This document shows, in pieces, positions 25,601 through 39,700 of a stretch of 64,000 bases of DNA (position 1 is the first letter of the stretch; every line of letters starts with the position of its first letter). The notes under the pieces were generated by a model that had not been told where the DNA came from, did no database searches, and saw only the letters and a program-made list of their open reading frames with translations. The DNA is from Eledone cirrhosa (lineage: Eukaryota), in contig OZ024743.1 in the NCBI GenBank assembly GCA_964016885.1, positions 64,356,001-64,420,000 on the forward strand, given 5' to 3'. The position numbers and the translations under genes were made by a program.

Positions 25601-27264
25601 TCTTTATATATATAAAAGCGAAGATGTGTGTGTGTCTGTGTACAACTTTGCATACTTAAGGCTTTTAGAATTACCAACTGAATTTGACCAAATGTTCTGT
25701 GCACGTTGCACAGGTCGCTAAGATTGTTACATCACAAACATTTTTCAAATCGACCCACGTTGAGCAATAAAAAATCGATATCAAATTTATCGCTAGCAAA
25801 ATTGATGTAAGGGAGATAACCAACTTTATTGACAATCCTTATAAAAAAAGGGAGATAACCAACTTTTCAGAAATATGAACATTACATTCATTTGAAGATA
25901 AATCACTAATATTATCGTTTGTCTCTTGTTTATTCTTTGTTGCACTTTCAAAGTTAAAAAAACACTTGTTGTTTTAACTTGTTGTATTAAGTGTTAATTT
26001 TCGCGTTAGGGGCCTAATCTCGCAGCAGTCTCGAATTGACGAGATTTTGATGATGGTTTGTTTATTTTTAGAACAATCGTTATGGGACTTTCCATTCAAA
26101 CCATTGGGACCTACAACTTTTACATTTTTAAATCTTTCATAAGCCATGTTGACACTCAGACTGGTCATGACGGATACCTCCTATATCGCCGGAGAAGACC
26201 CGAAGATGGTGGATTCACAGCAAGGGTTGGCAAACATGAGGTTGCTGGATGTCCACGGATATATAAATCTATTGATACTGTATGTGATCCACGGGATGCG
26301 GTCAATTATCCAGTTGAATTTCTAAATTCTTTAAATCCTCGTGGTTTACCTCCTAATACATTGGTTCTGAAAGAGGGAACACCAGTTATTTTGCTGAGAA
26401 ATATCACTCCTCCAAAACTATGCAATGGTACACGCCTTGTGGTTAAAAAACTGTCTCCACTTAGTATTGAGGCTACCAATCTATCCGGATGTGGAAAAGG
26501 CGAGGATGTGATAATAACAAAAATTAGCCTGACTACATCAGGCGTGGATACTCCCTTCTCCTTTCGCCGCACCCAATTTCCCCTTCGTGTTGCTTTAGCG
26601 ATGTCCATAAACAAGTCGCAAGGTCAAACTCTGTCTGTCACTGGAATTCACTTGGATGAACCTTGCTTTTCGCACGGACAATTCTACGTTGCCTGCTCAC
26701 GAGTTGGCAGTCGAGATAATCTCTTTGCGTTGGTTCCGAAAAGAAAAACAAAGAATATCGTCTATCCTGAAGTGCTTTAGTGTTAACAAAAAAACTTATT
26801 ACAGCTCTGCCTTGACTTCACCTTACTCATTACAAAACATACCAATGAATATGTCATGCAGGATATTTTGGATTATAAGTTCAAAATTTAACCATACACA
26901 GCAAAGGATGCTCTCAAAGAATAGATTTTCTCTTATTCTACTCTCATTGTTTTTTTTTTGTTTGTCTATAACTCTGCTGGCATTACAACTTTTTGTACTT
27001 TTACAAAACTGCCTGTTTTTTTTACAGATTTGCAACGTGTATTGTCTTTAATCATTTGTATAACTACATCCTGTTCAGTGTTTTCCTTCATTATCAGCAT
27101 AATTTTATGGGTACAAAGATTGCACTAAATATTCGTTTGCATTAATTATTGAAGACTTCTGCTTATTTTGACAGGTTGGGGACAAATAATGTTCTTCTTT
27201 TACTTCCTAGCTGTATATTCTTAGCATAATTTCAAACCCGGGCAACGCCGAGTAAATCTGCTAG
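25601..27264 (+). mobile_element. Internally deleted Helitron
   Basis: A|TCTTTATATATATAAA start; ACCCGGGCAACGCCGAGT hairpin and CTAG|T end; RepHel remnant inside. Confidence 0.9.
26058..26780 (+). pseudogene. Helitron RepHel remnant: Rep-proximal motif fused in frame to the Pif1-like helicase C-terminus
   Basis: [14 protein letters not shown], then [61 protein letters not shown]. Confidence 0.92.
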
Positions 27265-27279
27265 TATATATAATATATA

Positions 27280-27387
<108 letters not shown>

Positions 27388-27407
27388 GTATATATATATT
27401 ATATATA

Positions 27408-27473
<66 letters not shown>

Positions 27474-27511
27474 TATATATATATATATATTATATATAGT
27501 ATATATATATA

Positions 27512-27675
<164 letters not shown>

Positions 27676-27680
27676 TATAC

Positions 27681-27775
<95 letters not shown>

Positions 27776-27983
27776 AATTTGTAGTTTACTTGAAACATTG
27801 TATATGGTATAAAGAATTAGAAGTTTGAAAGCCACGACAATGCGGGTTGGACGGAAAATCGTAAGGTTGATTTTACCTTAATTTATTCATGTCCTGATAT
27901 TTCGAAATTAATGTCTCTCCTTCCGAGGAAAATAAAGGAACTATTCCAGTGGCCGATGTGGCAAGCCATATCGGACCACTGGA

Positions 27984-28097
<114 letters not shown>

Positions 28098-28194
28098 CTT
28101 AAAATTTAATCTGTTATTTTAATAAATATATATATATATATGACAAGTAAGTATGTTTTGAAACAGTGAGCAGGTTTGAAATTAGAAAATAGAA

Positions 28195-28491
28195 TAGCTT
28201 TCACCGTATTTTTTTTACTAAAGAAATTTTAGTCTGATAATGGGGTTTAGAACCCTCAGATAAATGGAAAAAGATAAGTATTGATGTACATGGGAGTCGA
28301 ACCCACATCTTTGGTTATCCAGACCACTGTGCTACCATTACGTTAGTGTAATGGTAGCACAGTGGTCTGGATAACCAAAGATGTGGGTTCGACTCCCATA
28401 TACATCAATACTCATCTTTTTCCATTTATCTGAGGGTTCTAAACCCCATTATCAGACTAAAATTTCTTTAGTCAAAAAAATACGGTGAAAG

Positions 28492-28494
<3 letters not shown>
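28195..28494. repeat. Near-perfect 147-bp-arm palindrome of a tRNA-headed element
   Basis: Arms 28195-28341 and 28348-28494, 6-bp spacer; A box TAGTGTAATGG and B box GGTTCGACTCC. Confidence 0.9.
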
Positions 28495-28531
<37 letters not shown>

Positions 28532-28584
28532 GAACTAGCTGACGAAACGGCCGGAGATCAGCCGTCGGGGTCCTGAATCTTTTC

Positions 28585-29171
28585 GACGAAGGACTATTTT
28601 TATCATATGTAACCCATGTGCAACCACGCAGTATTCTTCTTTCTTCTCATGTTTTTTATATATATTTACCTCTGCTGCGTTTGTCTGTTTCTCTCTTACT
28701 GCTTCCTCGTTCTCTCTGTTGCTCTCACCTTCTTTCGCCCCCTCTGTCAGTTACACTTTCTCTCGACTGACCTCTTCCTCGCACTTCCACTCACTCACTC
28801 TCTATTTCTCCCCTTCTCACTTCCTCCCGTTTGACTTGTGGGTTCTCTTCTTGCTCACATCTCACTCACGTCGGAGGGTCTGTATCACGATCGCTCATGA
28901 AATCCACCCAGCTTATGCTGACCGGATAACCATGTTGCTTGTTTATTCCTATCTTTGCGTTGCTTTCATCCTTCTATGTTGTTTACTTGTCTCACTCGCT
29001 TTACGCGATTTACTTGTCCCAATAGCTTTATTTAGCTATTGCCCGCACCAACTGGAGGTATATGATTTTTAATGCGATGAAATATCAATGATGGTTGGAA
29101 AATCACTGGCGAAGGACTATTTTTATCATATGTAACCCATGTGCAACCACGCAGTATTCTTCTTTCTTCTC

Positions 29172-29178
<7 letters not shown>
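28585..29178 (+). mobile_element. Terminally redundant non-coding element (period ~523 bp) carrying permuted HHR-like copy B
   Basis: CGAAGGACTATTTTTATCATATGTAACCC..CTCATGTTTT at both ends; homologous to 59561-60171; ends in (TA)n. Confidence 0.8.
29016..29117 (+). ncRNA. Candidate permuted hammerhead-like RNA (copy B; core mutated to CTGGCGA)
   Basis: GGTA-TA-TGATTTT..TGCGAT-GAAA-TATC..AAAATCA-CTGGCGA-A-GGAC. Confidence 0.5.
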
Positions 29179-29244
<66 letters not shown>

Positions 29245-29329
29245 AAAAGGTAAACAGAAATAACAACACAATCGGTACAGTATATGGAAGGGATATATTA
29301 GGTTAACGCTTGATATAGCAGGAAGAGGG

Positions 29330-29365
29330 TCTTAACGTTTCGGACGCTAGTCCTTCATCAGAAGA
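29330..29365 (-). ncRNA. Minimal Penelope-type HHR
   Basis: Minus strand TCTT-CTGATGA-AGGAC TAGC GTCC-GAAAC-GTT-AAGA; relatives at 61479-61514 and ~21115-21135 (deleted). Confidence 0.75.
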
Positions 29366-29644
29366 AAGAATGAGAAATAAGATAGTTTGAGGGGGCGGGC
29401 GGGTTGGAATTGGAAAAAAATGTCTTTAGATAAAAATAACAGGTATTGAATATACTAGGGTGGGACTGAAAAATAGACGGGTGAGAAGAAGGTGGTGTAA
29501 GAATATTGTAGTAGAGGAAAAGTGGTAGAGAGTCGTGGAATATTTAAATGCAAGAAGCAAGAAAAATTTCAATGATACGAAAGATTTCCTGGTGGAAGTT
29601 CAGGTGTACTCCTGGCTGGTATCCAGTTTCGGGGTGAACATTTC

Positions 29645-29725
<81 letters not shown>

Positions 29726-29750
29726 ATAAATTAACGGAGGCATAGGCCCT

Positions 29751-29788
<38 letters not shown>

Positions 29789-30751
29789 CTCTTGATTGGC
29801 CAGAGGTGTTTATTTCCAGGTACCTTATGAATTTGACTTTCCGTATTTATTACTGTTATGAAATGTGTTTTTTTTTTGGTTGTAACTTCTCTGATTTTTA
29901 GCCTAAGAAAATATATATATGCCTATGTATTAATTAATATTAATTAATTGAGTTCTTTACACGAGGAATGGATATTAGTTTTGAAATAACTAATTAACCC
30001 GCGTGTGTTTTATATTTTACTCTTAATTCGGCCGGAGATTTACATTCCCATTTGCCCTTTAAAGCATAACTTTCTGTATTTACTGCGGTTATGAGATGCG
30101 GTTCTTATTCGGGTACAACTTCTGACTTTAGCCTAAGAAAATATCTATATGCTTGTGTAATTTATACACGCATATATTTATTTTTTTATTTTCAATTGAG
30201 TTCTTAACACGTTGGATTGACAATGTTTTCGAAAAAACTAATTAACCCGCGTGTATATTATTTTTTTTCCTCTTTTCGTGGATCGTAGTTGTCTCCCCTT
30301 CCCGCTTCGTGTCGCTATGATACTTCCTCAGTCATAAACTGCTGGAATTTCAAATTTGGCGGTCATTCGATGCGAGAAGGAGCAACTTAACAGACACGAT
30401 TTTTGACTGCGGTAAGAATTTTTTTCTTATATCAAAGTTTAATGGGCTTCCACTGATGATTTATAAACGCCCACCTAAATATATTCTTACATGAATATAT
30501 ATTAGGCTTCTACATAAACTGGAAATATTCTCCCAACTTGTAGAAAACTTATAATGAAACAATTGTTTGGAAAGAGAGATATACTTTAACTTTAATTATA
30601 TCTCATAAAATAATACAACTGGTTTTTCCACATTATACATATTGTTAGCACCCCAAACACTTAAATTGGGTTTATATTCAAATATAACCTAATGTTTGTT
30701 GAGTGAGATGGTTACCAGTCAGAGTTTAGCTTTAAACTATCTCTGTTATTG

Positions 30752-30816
<65 letters not shown>

Positions 30817-31181
30817 CAAACACATATATATCATAAATAGGACCTGGACGCATTCAAGGAATCGAACTTTACATCGCTGGTATGCTGGGTGAGTATATTA
30901 ACCACTATACTAAAAAGCCACTGGCCATGAACCCCGGAACTGTACAAAGTGCTAGGGTCGATATAATCAACTAAGAATCTCGAAAGCGATGCTCCAGTAT
31001 GGCTGATAACCGGGACCCAGGAAATGTTATAAACACAAATAAGAACAAAATGTATTTCGTTGCCAGCAAACCATGTCTGATAAGTTTTTTGGGAGGATGT
31101 ATGGGGCTTTATTTTATTTTAATTTAACTCTCTCACTCTCTTTCTCTTTCTCTTTCTCTTTCTCTTTCTCTCCCCTTCCCC

Positions 31182-31215
<34 letters not shown>

Positions 31216-31669
31216 TTATCTCTATCTATCTCTATCTCTATTACTCTATCTCTCGCTGTTTTGCTATCTCTGTAACTCTCACTCCCTCTCTCTCCCCACC
31301 CCTTCCTTTCTCCTCCACCTCTCTCCCTACCCCACCACTCTTACTCTCTCTTTTTCTCCCCCTTCTCTCTCATGTTTTACTTATCAATGTATAAGCAATA
31401 TATATCATGTCCTCATGAGCACATTATTAGTTAACAAGGGAGGTAATAGATGAGGGAGGGGGAGTAATGGTTGAGAAGCTGAATCTTTGCATCAGAGCGT
31501 GTTGATTTAATGGCGTACACGATACGGTTCACTGCCTTTTTCTAGTCAGCTTTCCCTTTTTGTCCGGATGTTGCATTTGCTCGGTTCACTGCCTCCAATG
31601 GATGACACGTGTCAGTGACCTCAGCCATCACCGTAAAGTCACCATGAGGCTTGCTTCACTTTCTTCATA

Positions 31670-32739
31670 CTGTTGTTGTTGTTGTTCTCCTTGCTGTTGT
31701 TGTTGTTGTTGCTGTTGTTGCTGCTGCTGTTGTTGTTGCTGTTGTTGCTGATGCTGATGTTACTACTGTCGTTGTTATTGCTACTGTTGTCATTGCGGCT
31801 GCCGATGTTGCTGCTGTTATTGATGTTATTACTGTTGCTGTTGTTGTTGCTGTTGTTGCTGCTGCAGTTGAGTCTGCTGATGTTGTTGATGTTAATACTG
31901 TTGCTGTTGTTGTTGCTGTTGTTGCTGCTGCAGTTGAGTCTGCTGATGTTGTTGTTGATGTTATTACTGTTGCTGTTGTTGTTGCTGCAGTTGAGTCTGC
32001 TGATGTTGTTGTTGATGTTATTACTGTTGCTGTTGTTGTTGCTGTTGTTGCTGCTACAGTTGAGGCTGCTGATGTTGTTGTTGATGTTATTACTGTTGCT
32101 GTTGTTGTTGCTGTTGTTGTTGCTGCAGTTGAGTCTGCTGATGTTGTTGTTGATGTTATTACTGTTGCTGTTGTTGTTGCTGTTGTTGTTGCTGCAGTTG
32201 AGTCTGCTGATGTTGTTGTTGATGCTATTACTGTTGCTGTTGTTGTTGCTGTTGTTGCTGCTACAGTTGAGGCTGCTGATGTTGTTGTTGATGTTATTAC
32301 TGTTGCTGTTGTTGTTGCTGTTGTTGCTGCTGCAGTTGAGGCTGCTGATGTTGATGTTGATGTTAATACTGTTGCTGTTGTTGTTGCTGTTGTTGTTGCT
32401 GCAGTTGAGGCTGCTGATATTGATGTTGATGTTAATACTGTTGCTGTTGTTGTTGCTGTTGTTGTTGCTGCAGTTGAGGCTGCTGATATTGATGTTGATG
32501 TTAATACTGTTGCTGTTGTTGTTGCTGTTGTTGCTGCTCCAGTTGCTGTTGTTGTTGTTACTGTTATTATTGTTACTGTTTGTTGTTGTTGCTGTTTGTT
32601 GTTGTTTGTTGCTGTTATTGTCACTTTCTGTTCCTGTAGTTGTTGTTGTTAGTGCTGCTGCTGCTGTTGTTGTTGTTGTTAGTGCAGCTGTTACTGCTGT
32701 TGTTGTTAGTGCAGCTGTTACTGTTGTTGTTGTTGTTGG

Positions 32740-32788
<49 letters not shown>

Positions 32789-33129
32789 AGTGCAGCTGTT
32801 AATGTTGTTGTTGTTGTTGTTAGTGCTGCCGTTACTGTTGTTGTTGTTGTTGTTAGTGCAGCTGTTACTGTTGTTGTTGTTGTTGTTAGTGCAGCTGTTA
32901 CTGTTGTTGTTGTTGTTAGTGATGCTGTTACTGTTGTTGTTGTTGTTAGTGCTGCTGTTACTGCTGTTGTTGTTGTTGTTGTCGTTGTTGTTGTTATTAG
33001 TGCAGCTGTTACTGTTGTTGTTGTTGTTGTTATCGTTGTTGTTGTTGTTGTTAGTGCAGCTGTTACTGTTGTTGTTGTTGTTGTTGTTAGTGCTGCTGTT
33101 ACTGTTGTTGTTGTTAGTGCAGCTGTTAC

Positions 33130-33196
<67 letters not shown>

Positions 33197-33700
33197 AGTG
33201 CTGCTGTTACTGCTGTTGTTGTTGTTGTCGTTGTTGTTGTTGTTAGTGCAGCTGTTACTGTTGTTGTTGTTGTTGTCGTTGTTGTTGTTGTTAGTGCAGC
33301 TGTTACTGTTGTTGTTGTTGTTGTTAGTGCTGCTGTTACTGTTGTTGTTGTTAGTGCAGCTGTTACTGTTGTTGTTGTTGTTGTTGCTGTTGTTGTTGTT
33401 GTTAGTGCTGCTGTTACTGCTGTTGTTGTCGTTGTTAGTACTGCTGTTACTGTTGTTGTTGTTAGTGCAGCTGTTACTGTTGTTGTTGTTGTTAGTGCAG
33501 CTGTTACTGTTGTTGTTGTTGTTAGTGCAGCTGTTACTGTTGTTGTTGTTGTTAGTGATGCTGTTACTGTTGTTGTTGTTGTTAGTGCTGCTGTTACTGC
33601 TGTTGTTGTTGTTGTCGTTGCTGTTATTACTAGTGTTACTGTTGTTGTTGCTGTTGTTGTTGTTGTTTGTTGTTGTTGTTGTCGTTGTTGCTGTCGTTAC
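31670..33700. repeat. (GTT/GCT)-based compound satellite with ~66-bp and ~30-bp higher-order units
   Basis: Recurring GCAGTTGAGTCTGCTGATG (left half) and GTTAGTGCAGCTGTTACT (right half). Confidence 0.9.
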
Positions 33701-34970
33701 ATTGACTGACACTTTTACTGCTGCTATTTATACTGCTATTACTAGGGGGGTGGTCGGGCAGAGAATATCCGGAGTACGTGACCTCTAGGTCATACCCACA
33801 ACATGCTTTCTAGACAGCTATCTACGTGACTGAAGTCTTCAGCTAGAGATGGCATGGCTGGCGAAAGATCGTGGTGGTGGTGGGGACAGTGGTGGTGGGG
33901 ACAGTGGTGGTATGATGGTGGGAGTTGTGGTGCTGATAGTGACGGTGGTGGTGGTGGTGGTGGTGGGAAGTGATATTGGGGGGTTGTGGTGATGGAAGTG
34001 ACATTGACGGTGGTGGTGGTGGTGGTGGGTAGTGAGGGTTGTGGTGCTGCTAGTGATGGTGACGGTGGTGGTAGTGGTGGTGGTGGTGGTGGTGGTGGTG
34101 GTGGTGGTGGTGGCGGTGGTGGTTGTGGCGGTGGGTAGTGATAGTGGAGATGTGATGATGGTGATGATATTGGTTGCGAAGGTGGAAATAAGCGGGGGGG
34201 GGGGGTAATTTTTCTAGGTTGTTTTCTTTGATTTAAAAAAAACCCAGAATTAGTCGTTTAGTTTACATGTTGAGATCTCAACCCATCCTATTTATTTCTA
34301 GTAATGTACTTTTTTGTCATGTATAATGTTTTTTAATGTCTAAAGAAAATTGTCGCCGGAATGCTGCCACTTAAAATAAAATTTCGCTGAAGATAGATCA
34401 GCAAAACTTAATAAGTGGGGTGGTGTGGAATAAGAGCTGGGGTTTGGGGGGAAATCTGGAAAATTAATAAGCGGGGTGGGGGGTGGGGGGTGACGCTTAT
34501 TCGAGACCCGAAATAACGTTTCAACCATTAAAGAATTTAATATGAGGCATCTATAACTTCGTATCACTCCCATGATCCCTTGCAACCACTGCTAAGCATG
34601 ACTCTGAAGACACGGTCGTGAAGACTTGGAAACGTTAATACACAGATGGATTTAGGAATGTAAGGTTTACTACATTTTACAAACAGAAGTTATACAATGA
34701 TGGAATAAGTACTGGAAAAACAAAGGGGAAAGATTAAACAAGGACGGATCTGGCTGTATTGGAAAGTAGAGGAAAGGACTATAAATGTCATAAATGTGAA
34801 GAAAAGGAGGAAAAGAGCAAGGACTGTTAGGCAACGGGAGGAAAAGAGGGGAAGGGGAGGGGTGATAGACTATGTACCTAGATTGGGGCGGTGTTTCTTT
34901 TCCAAATTAAGTATAAAAAAACAGGCAAGACTGTATCGACGGTACCTTAGTTATTTCCTTTTATCTATTT

Positions 34971-35062
<92 letters not shown>

Positions 35063-35063
<1 letters not shown>

Positions 35064-35497
35064 CGTCCGAACGAGTATCCTCCACTTCCAACTAACTTAC
35101 CCTCCACCTCATCGTTCCAGCCAACAGGATGGAGAAGACATTGCCCCGGGAGGACGGCGGAGGAGACGCACTGGAACAGTCACTCCACCTCACGGGGCTC
35201 GCACCTGTGGGCAGCAAACTCCGCTCCGATAGCAGGGATGGATGTTGTCGGTAGAGCAAGAATGTCTCCACTGCTACAGGCTCTACCACAAACCTATCAG
35301 AGAGTGGCCGATACTTAAACAGTTTGCCCTCTTCGGCCTGGTGTGAAGCAGAGCCTGGTCTGGTAGCAGAACACACCAGGTTGCTACTTGAGTAGGTGTT
35401 TTAGCTTGTAGCATCCCAGATGAGGAGGCCTACCTCCACAGAATGGGAAGATTATTCTGCCGTCTAACCTTTTGCCGTCCTCTCGGTCCAGCCTCGA
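35063..35497 (-). mobile_element. Decayed 3' end of an RLE non-LTR element (CRE-like) abutting (CA)n
   Basis: Minus strand REDGKRLDG..GSASHQAEEGKLFKYRPL..FVVEPVAVET; runs directly into a (CA)n tract. Confidence 0.65.
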
Positions 35498-36287
35498 ACA
35501 AAATAAAAAAAAAATAAAAAAATCCTAAATAAAAATTATCAAAATATTAAGAATCACTTTAGTGTGGGGAGGGGGGGGCAGCACATGGGACCCTATTTGC
35601 TCACCATACGGATTAACCACACTGTTTGACATGCCACTTTTCTTTAAATTAAAAAAAAAAGAACATCAAACCAAATACTGACGTAGTGAATTGTGACGTC
35701 ACATTTTTATTTATACTTTAATTAATTATTTTAATTTGTTTAGTAATAATTTTTTATTTAAATGTATTTACAAGGTGTGTGACAGGAGAGTTGATGAGGA
35801 TGAAGATGTGTGTAAACTTGTCTTGTACATCGTCTTTATTACCTCTTCCCGTCACTTCTGTCATCCAACACACTTCCCCTTGTCCTCCTCTTTCAATCTT
35901 TTTTAAATATATTTATTTTTATTTCATTAAACTACTTTTATTTTTAAAATGTGTATTCCTCTCAGTATTTTATATAGTAATTTAATATATGCAGGGGTCA
36001 GCTGGTATAGAAATAACATCAACATACTGCCGGTCCTTTGTATCATAAAAAGAAAAAAAAAATTTTTTCGAGTGAATTTTTGAATTTTTTTGGAAGAATT
36101 TAAAAAAATGTTCAAATTGTGTGAAATTATTTAAAGATTTTTATACCATCTGACGAGGTCAGGCTGGTGGAATAGGTTGGAAGAAAACTATCTAGCAGTC
36201 TACCTCAGTGAAATATGTATCATAGAGATGAAAATATACCTGAATACAACTGCATATGGCCTTTGATCTATTTAATATTCTCTCTCT

Positions 36288-36329
<42 letters not shown>

Positions 36330-36384
36330 CACATAGACACGCATATATGTTTGTAGGTGTGTGAGAGAGTTCTATCTGCTTATT

Positions 36385-36441
<57 letters not shown>

Positions 36442-36463
36442 AGAATTTGAAGACAATTCATTT

Positions 36464-36537
36464 TCACCTGATGAGATCAGTGATAATCGATCATGGCTTC
36501 ACAATCGATCTATCTCTTATTGAAACATGTGTCGTGA
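36464..36537 (+). ncRNA. Type I HHR
   Basis: TCAC-CTGATGA-GAT..ATT-GAAA-CATGTG-TC-GTGA. Confidence 0.7.
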
Positions 36538-36577
36538 TTAAATGATTGGAATTTTACCTTAACTTCGGATTTTCATT

Positions 36578-36646
<69 letters not shown>

Positions 36647-36742
36647 AGAAATAACCAGATAGGACTCTCTCACACACACCTACAAACATATATGCGTGTC
36701 TATGTGTGTTTTATATATATATATATATGTCTATGTGTGTTT

Positions 36743-36775
<33 letters not shown>

Positions 36776-36878
36776 GCATGTATGTATATATTCATCAACC
36801 TATGCATCCATATATCTATGTGCCTATCTATATATCTGTCCATTAATCCATCCATCTGTCACTTCCTTTCTTATCTAA

Positions 36879-36951
<73 letters not shown>

Positions 36952-36974
36952 TCTCTCTCTCTCTCTCTCTCTCT

Positions 36975-37013
<39 letters not shown>

Positions 37014-37351
37014 GCCAACTGCTTCACACCAATTTAACGCAATTACTCAAATACACACATATACACAAGCACACACATATACACATACACACACATATAG
37101 ACATACACACACACACCTATACACATACACACTCGTATACACATATATGCACACATATACACATATATACATGCACACTTTTCTGACCGTATCAGATTCC
37201 TTGTGTTGCTACTAATGTCATTGGTAAAAACATGAACACCACAACTTTCGTTTGTCACACTGGCATATGGGGTAGATATGTGTGTGAGAGAGAGAGAGTG
37301 CGTGTGTGTGTGAGAGAGAGAGTGTGTGTGTGTGTGAGAGAGAGAGAGTGC

Positions 37352-37414
<63 letters not shown>

Positions 37415-37548
37415 TGCGCGAGCGTGCGTGTGTGTGCGCGCGCGCGCAGTTGCATATCTTTAGAAATAATCTTCAGAGTGATATTTCTCTCTCTCTTTCT
37501 ACACACACACACACACACACATATCTATATATACACACACACTCACAC

Positions 37549-37723
<175 letters not shown>

Positions 37724-37865
37724 TATATATATACACACACACACATATATATATACACACACACATATATATATATACACACACACACATATATATATAT
37801 ATACACACACACATATATATATATATATACCACCTACAGCCTACAGACGCATTTATTGCAACCTT

Positions 37866-37946
<81 letters not shown>

Positions 37947-37952
<6 letters not shown>

Positions 37953-38577
37953 AAAAAGAAAATGTCCGCTCTACATGGCTGGATACAATAAATGTAATCT
38001 GAGCTTTTCGAATATTAATAATCGTTTCTACTTTTGGCACCAGGCCAGCAATTATTCCAGTACATTACTGGTACTTTATTTTATCGACTCCGTAAGGATG
38101 AAAGGCAAAGTTAACCTCGGCGGGATTTGAACTCAGATCATAAAGGGAGGTAACTCTATGCTTCAAAGCATGGCGCCCGACGCTCTACCGATACTGCCAA
38201 TCCAGCGCATTAATAATAACATTCGATTCGTTTGCAATTATGCAAATAAGCCTGAATCATGTCAGTAGAATGAACCCTTCATTCTTGCTCTTATGCCAAC
38301 ACAAGAGCAAGAATAAAGGGCGGTGGATTGGCAGTATCGGTAGAGCGTCGGGCGCCATGCTTTGCAGCATAGAGTTACGTCCCTTTATGATCTGAGTTCA
38401 AATCCCGCCGAGGTTAACTTTGCCTTTCCTCCTTACGGGGTCGATAAAATAAAGTACCAGTAATGTACTGAGAAATAATTGCTGGCCTTGTGCCAAAAGT
38501 AGAAACAATTATTAATATTCGAAAAGCTCAGATTACATTTATTGTATCCAGCCATGTAGAGCGAACATTTTCTTTTT

Positions 38578-38583
<6 letters not shown>
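37947..38583. repeat. Inverted duplication (~260-bp arms), each arm a SINE plus identical flank
   Basis: SINE 38021-38208 (-) and 38318-38511 (+); flank GATACAATAAATGTAATCTGAGCTTTTCGAA mirrored; (TA)n on both sides. Confidence 0.88.
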
Positions 38584-38637
<54 letters not shown>

Positions 38638-39074
38638 ATCTCGAGTTCAATCGGGGGTAGCCACAGTAAATAAGGTACTCAATACATAAGTAGAATAGTA
38701 GACTTTTCTATATTAAATCCTCGTTGTACGTGTGTGTATGTGTGCGTGTGTGTATGTGTGTGTGCGTGTGAGAATGTGTGTGTGAGTATGTGTGTGTCTG
38801 TGTATGAGTGTGTATTACACTCACACTTTCCCATGTCTATGTCTCACTTAAAAACACTAATGTATATTTTCTCCTCCCCCCTATATTCTCCTTCTACGCC
38901 ACCTCTTCCTCCTCTTCCCATCACCTCGCCTATATAAACACGCCTACACACATTTATTACAATTACAACCTATACTTCCCCCTCCCACTAGCCTTCTTCT
39001 CTTCGTCTGTCATGTACAGACACGCCTTCAAACACACCTATTATAAGTTTATAACTCCTCCTTCTCTGCATTGC

Positions 39075-39151
<77 letters not shown>

Positions 39152-39633
39152 TCTCTCTATCGCTCTCTCTCTCACTCTTTCTCTCTCCCTCGCTCTAACT
39201 CATTCATTATCTTTCCCACTTTCTCCCGCTCAAACACATACACTCTCTCTCCTTCTCTATCTCCCTCTCTCTCTGCCTCTCACTCTCTCCCACTCTATCT
39301 GCCATCCCACCCCCCTCTCTCTCTCATTCTCACTCGTGCTTTATCTCTCACTCAAACTTATCACCAAACACACATATATACACTCATGCATATATATACA
39401 CACACTCATGCATATATATACACACATTCATGCATATATATACACACACTCATGCATATATATATATATACACACTCATGCACATATACACACACTCATA
39501 CACACACTCACACACACATACTCATTGCTCTTTCCTTCTCTCTCTCTCCCTGTCTTTCTTTCTTACACAACTACACACACAGACCCAAGCATACTTCTAA
39601 TACATTCACACTCTCTCACCTACAGACGCACAA

Positions 39634-39700
<67 letters not shown>

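Noticed and set aside
28342-28410. tRNA gene
   Set aside because: A and B boxes only, no complete cloverleaf; it is the head of a repeat. The same applies to ~30845-30915 and ~41395-41452.
31651-33788. Long poly-L/V/N ORFs
   Set aside because: Multiple overlapping open frames arise from a stop-poor trinucleotide repeat.
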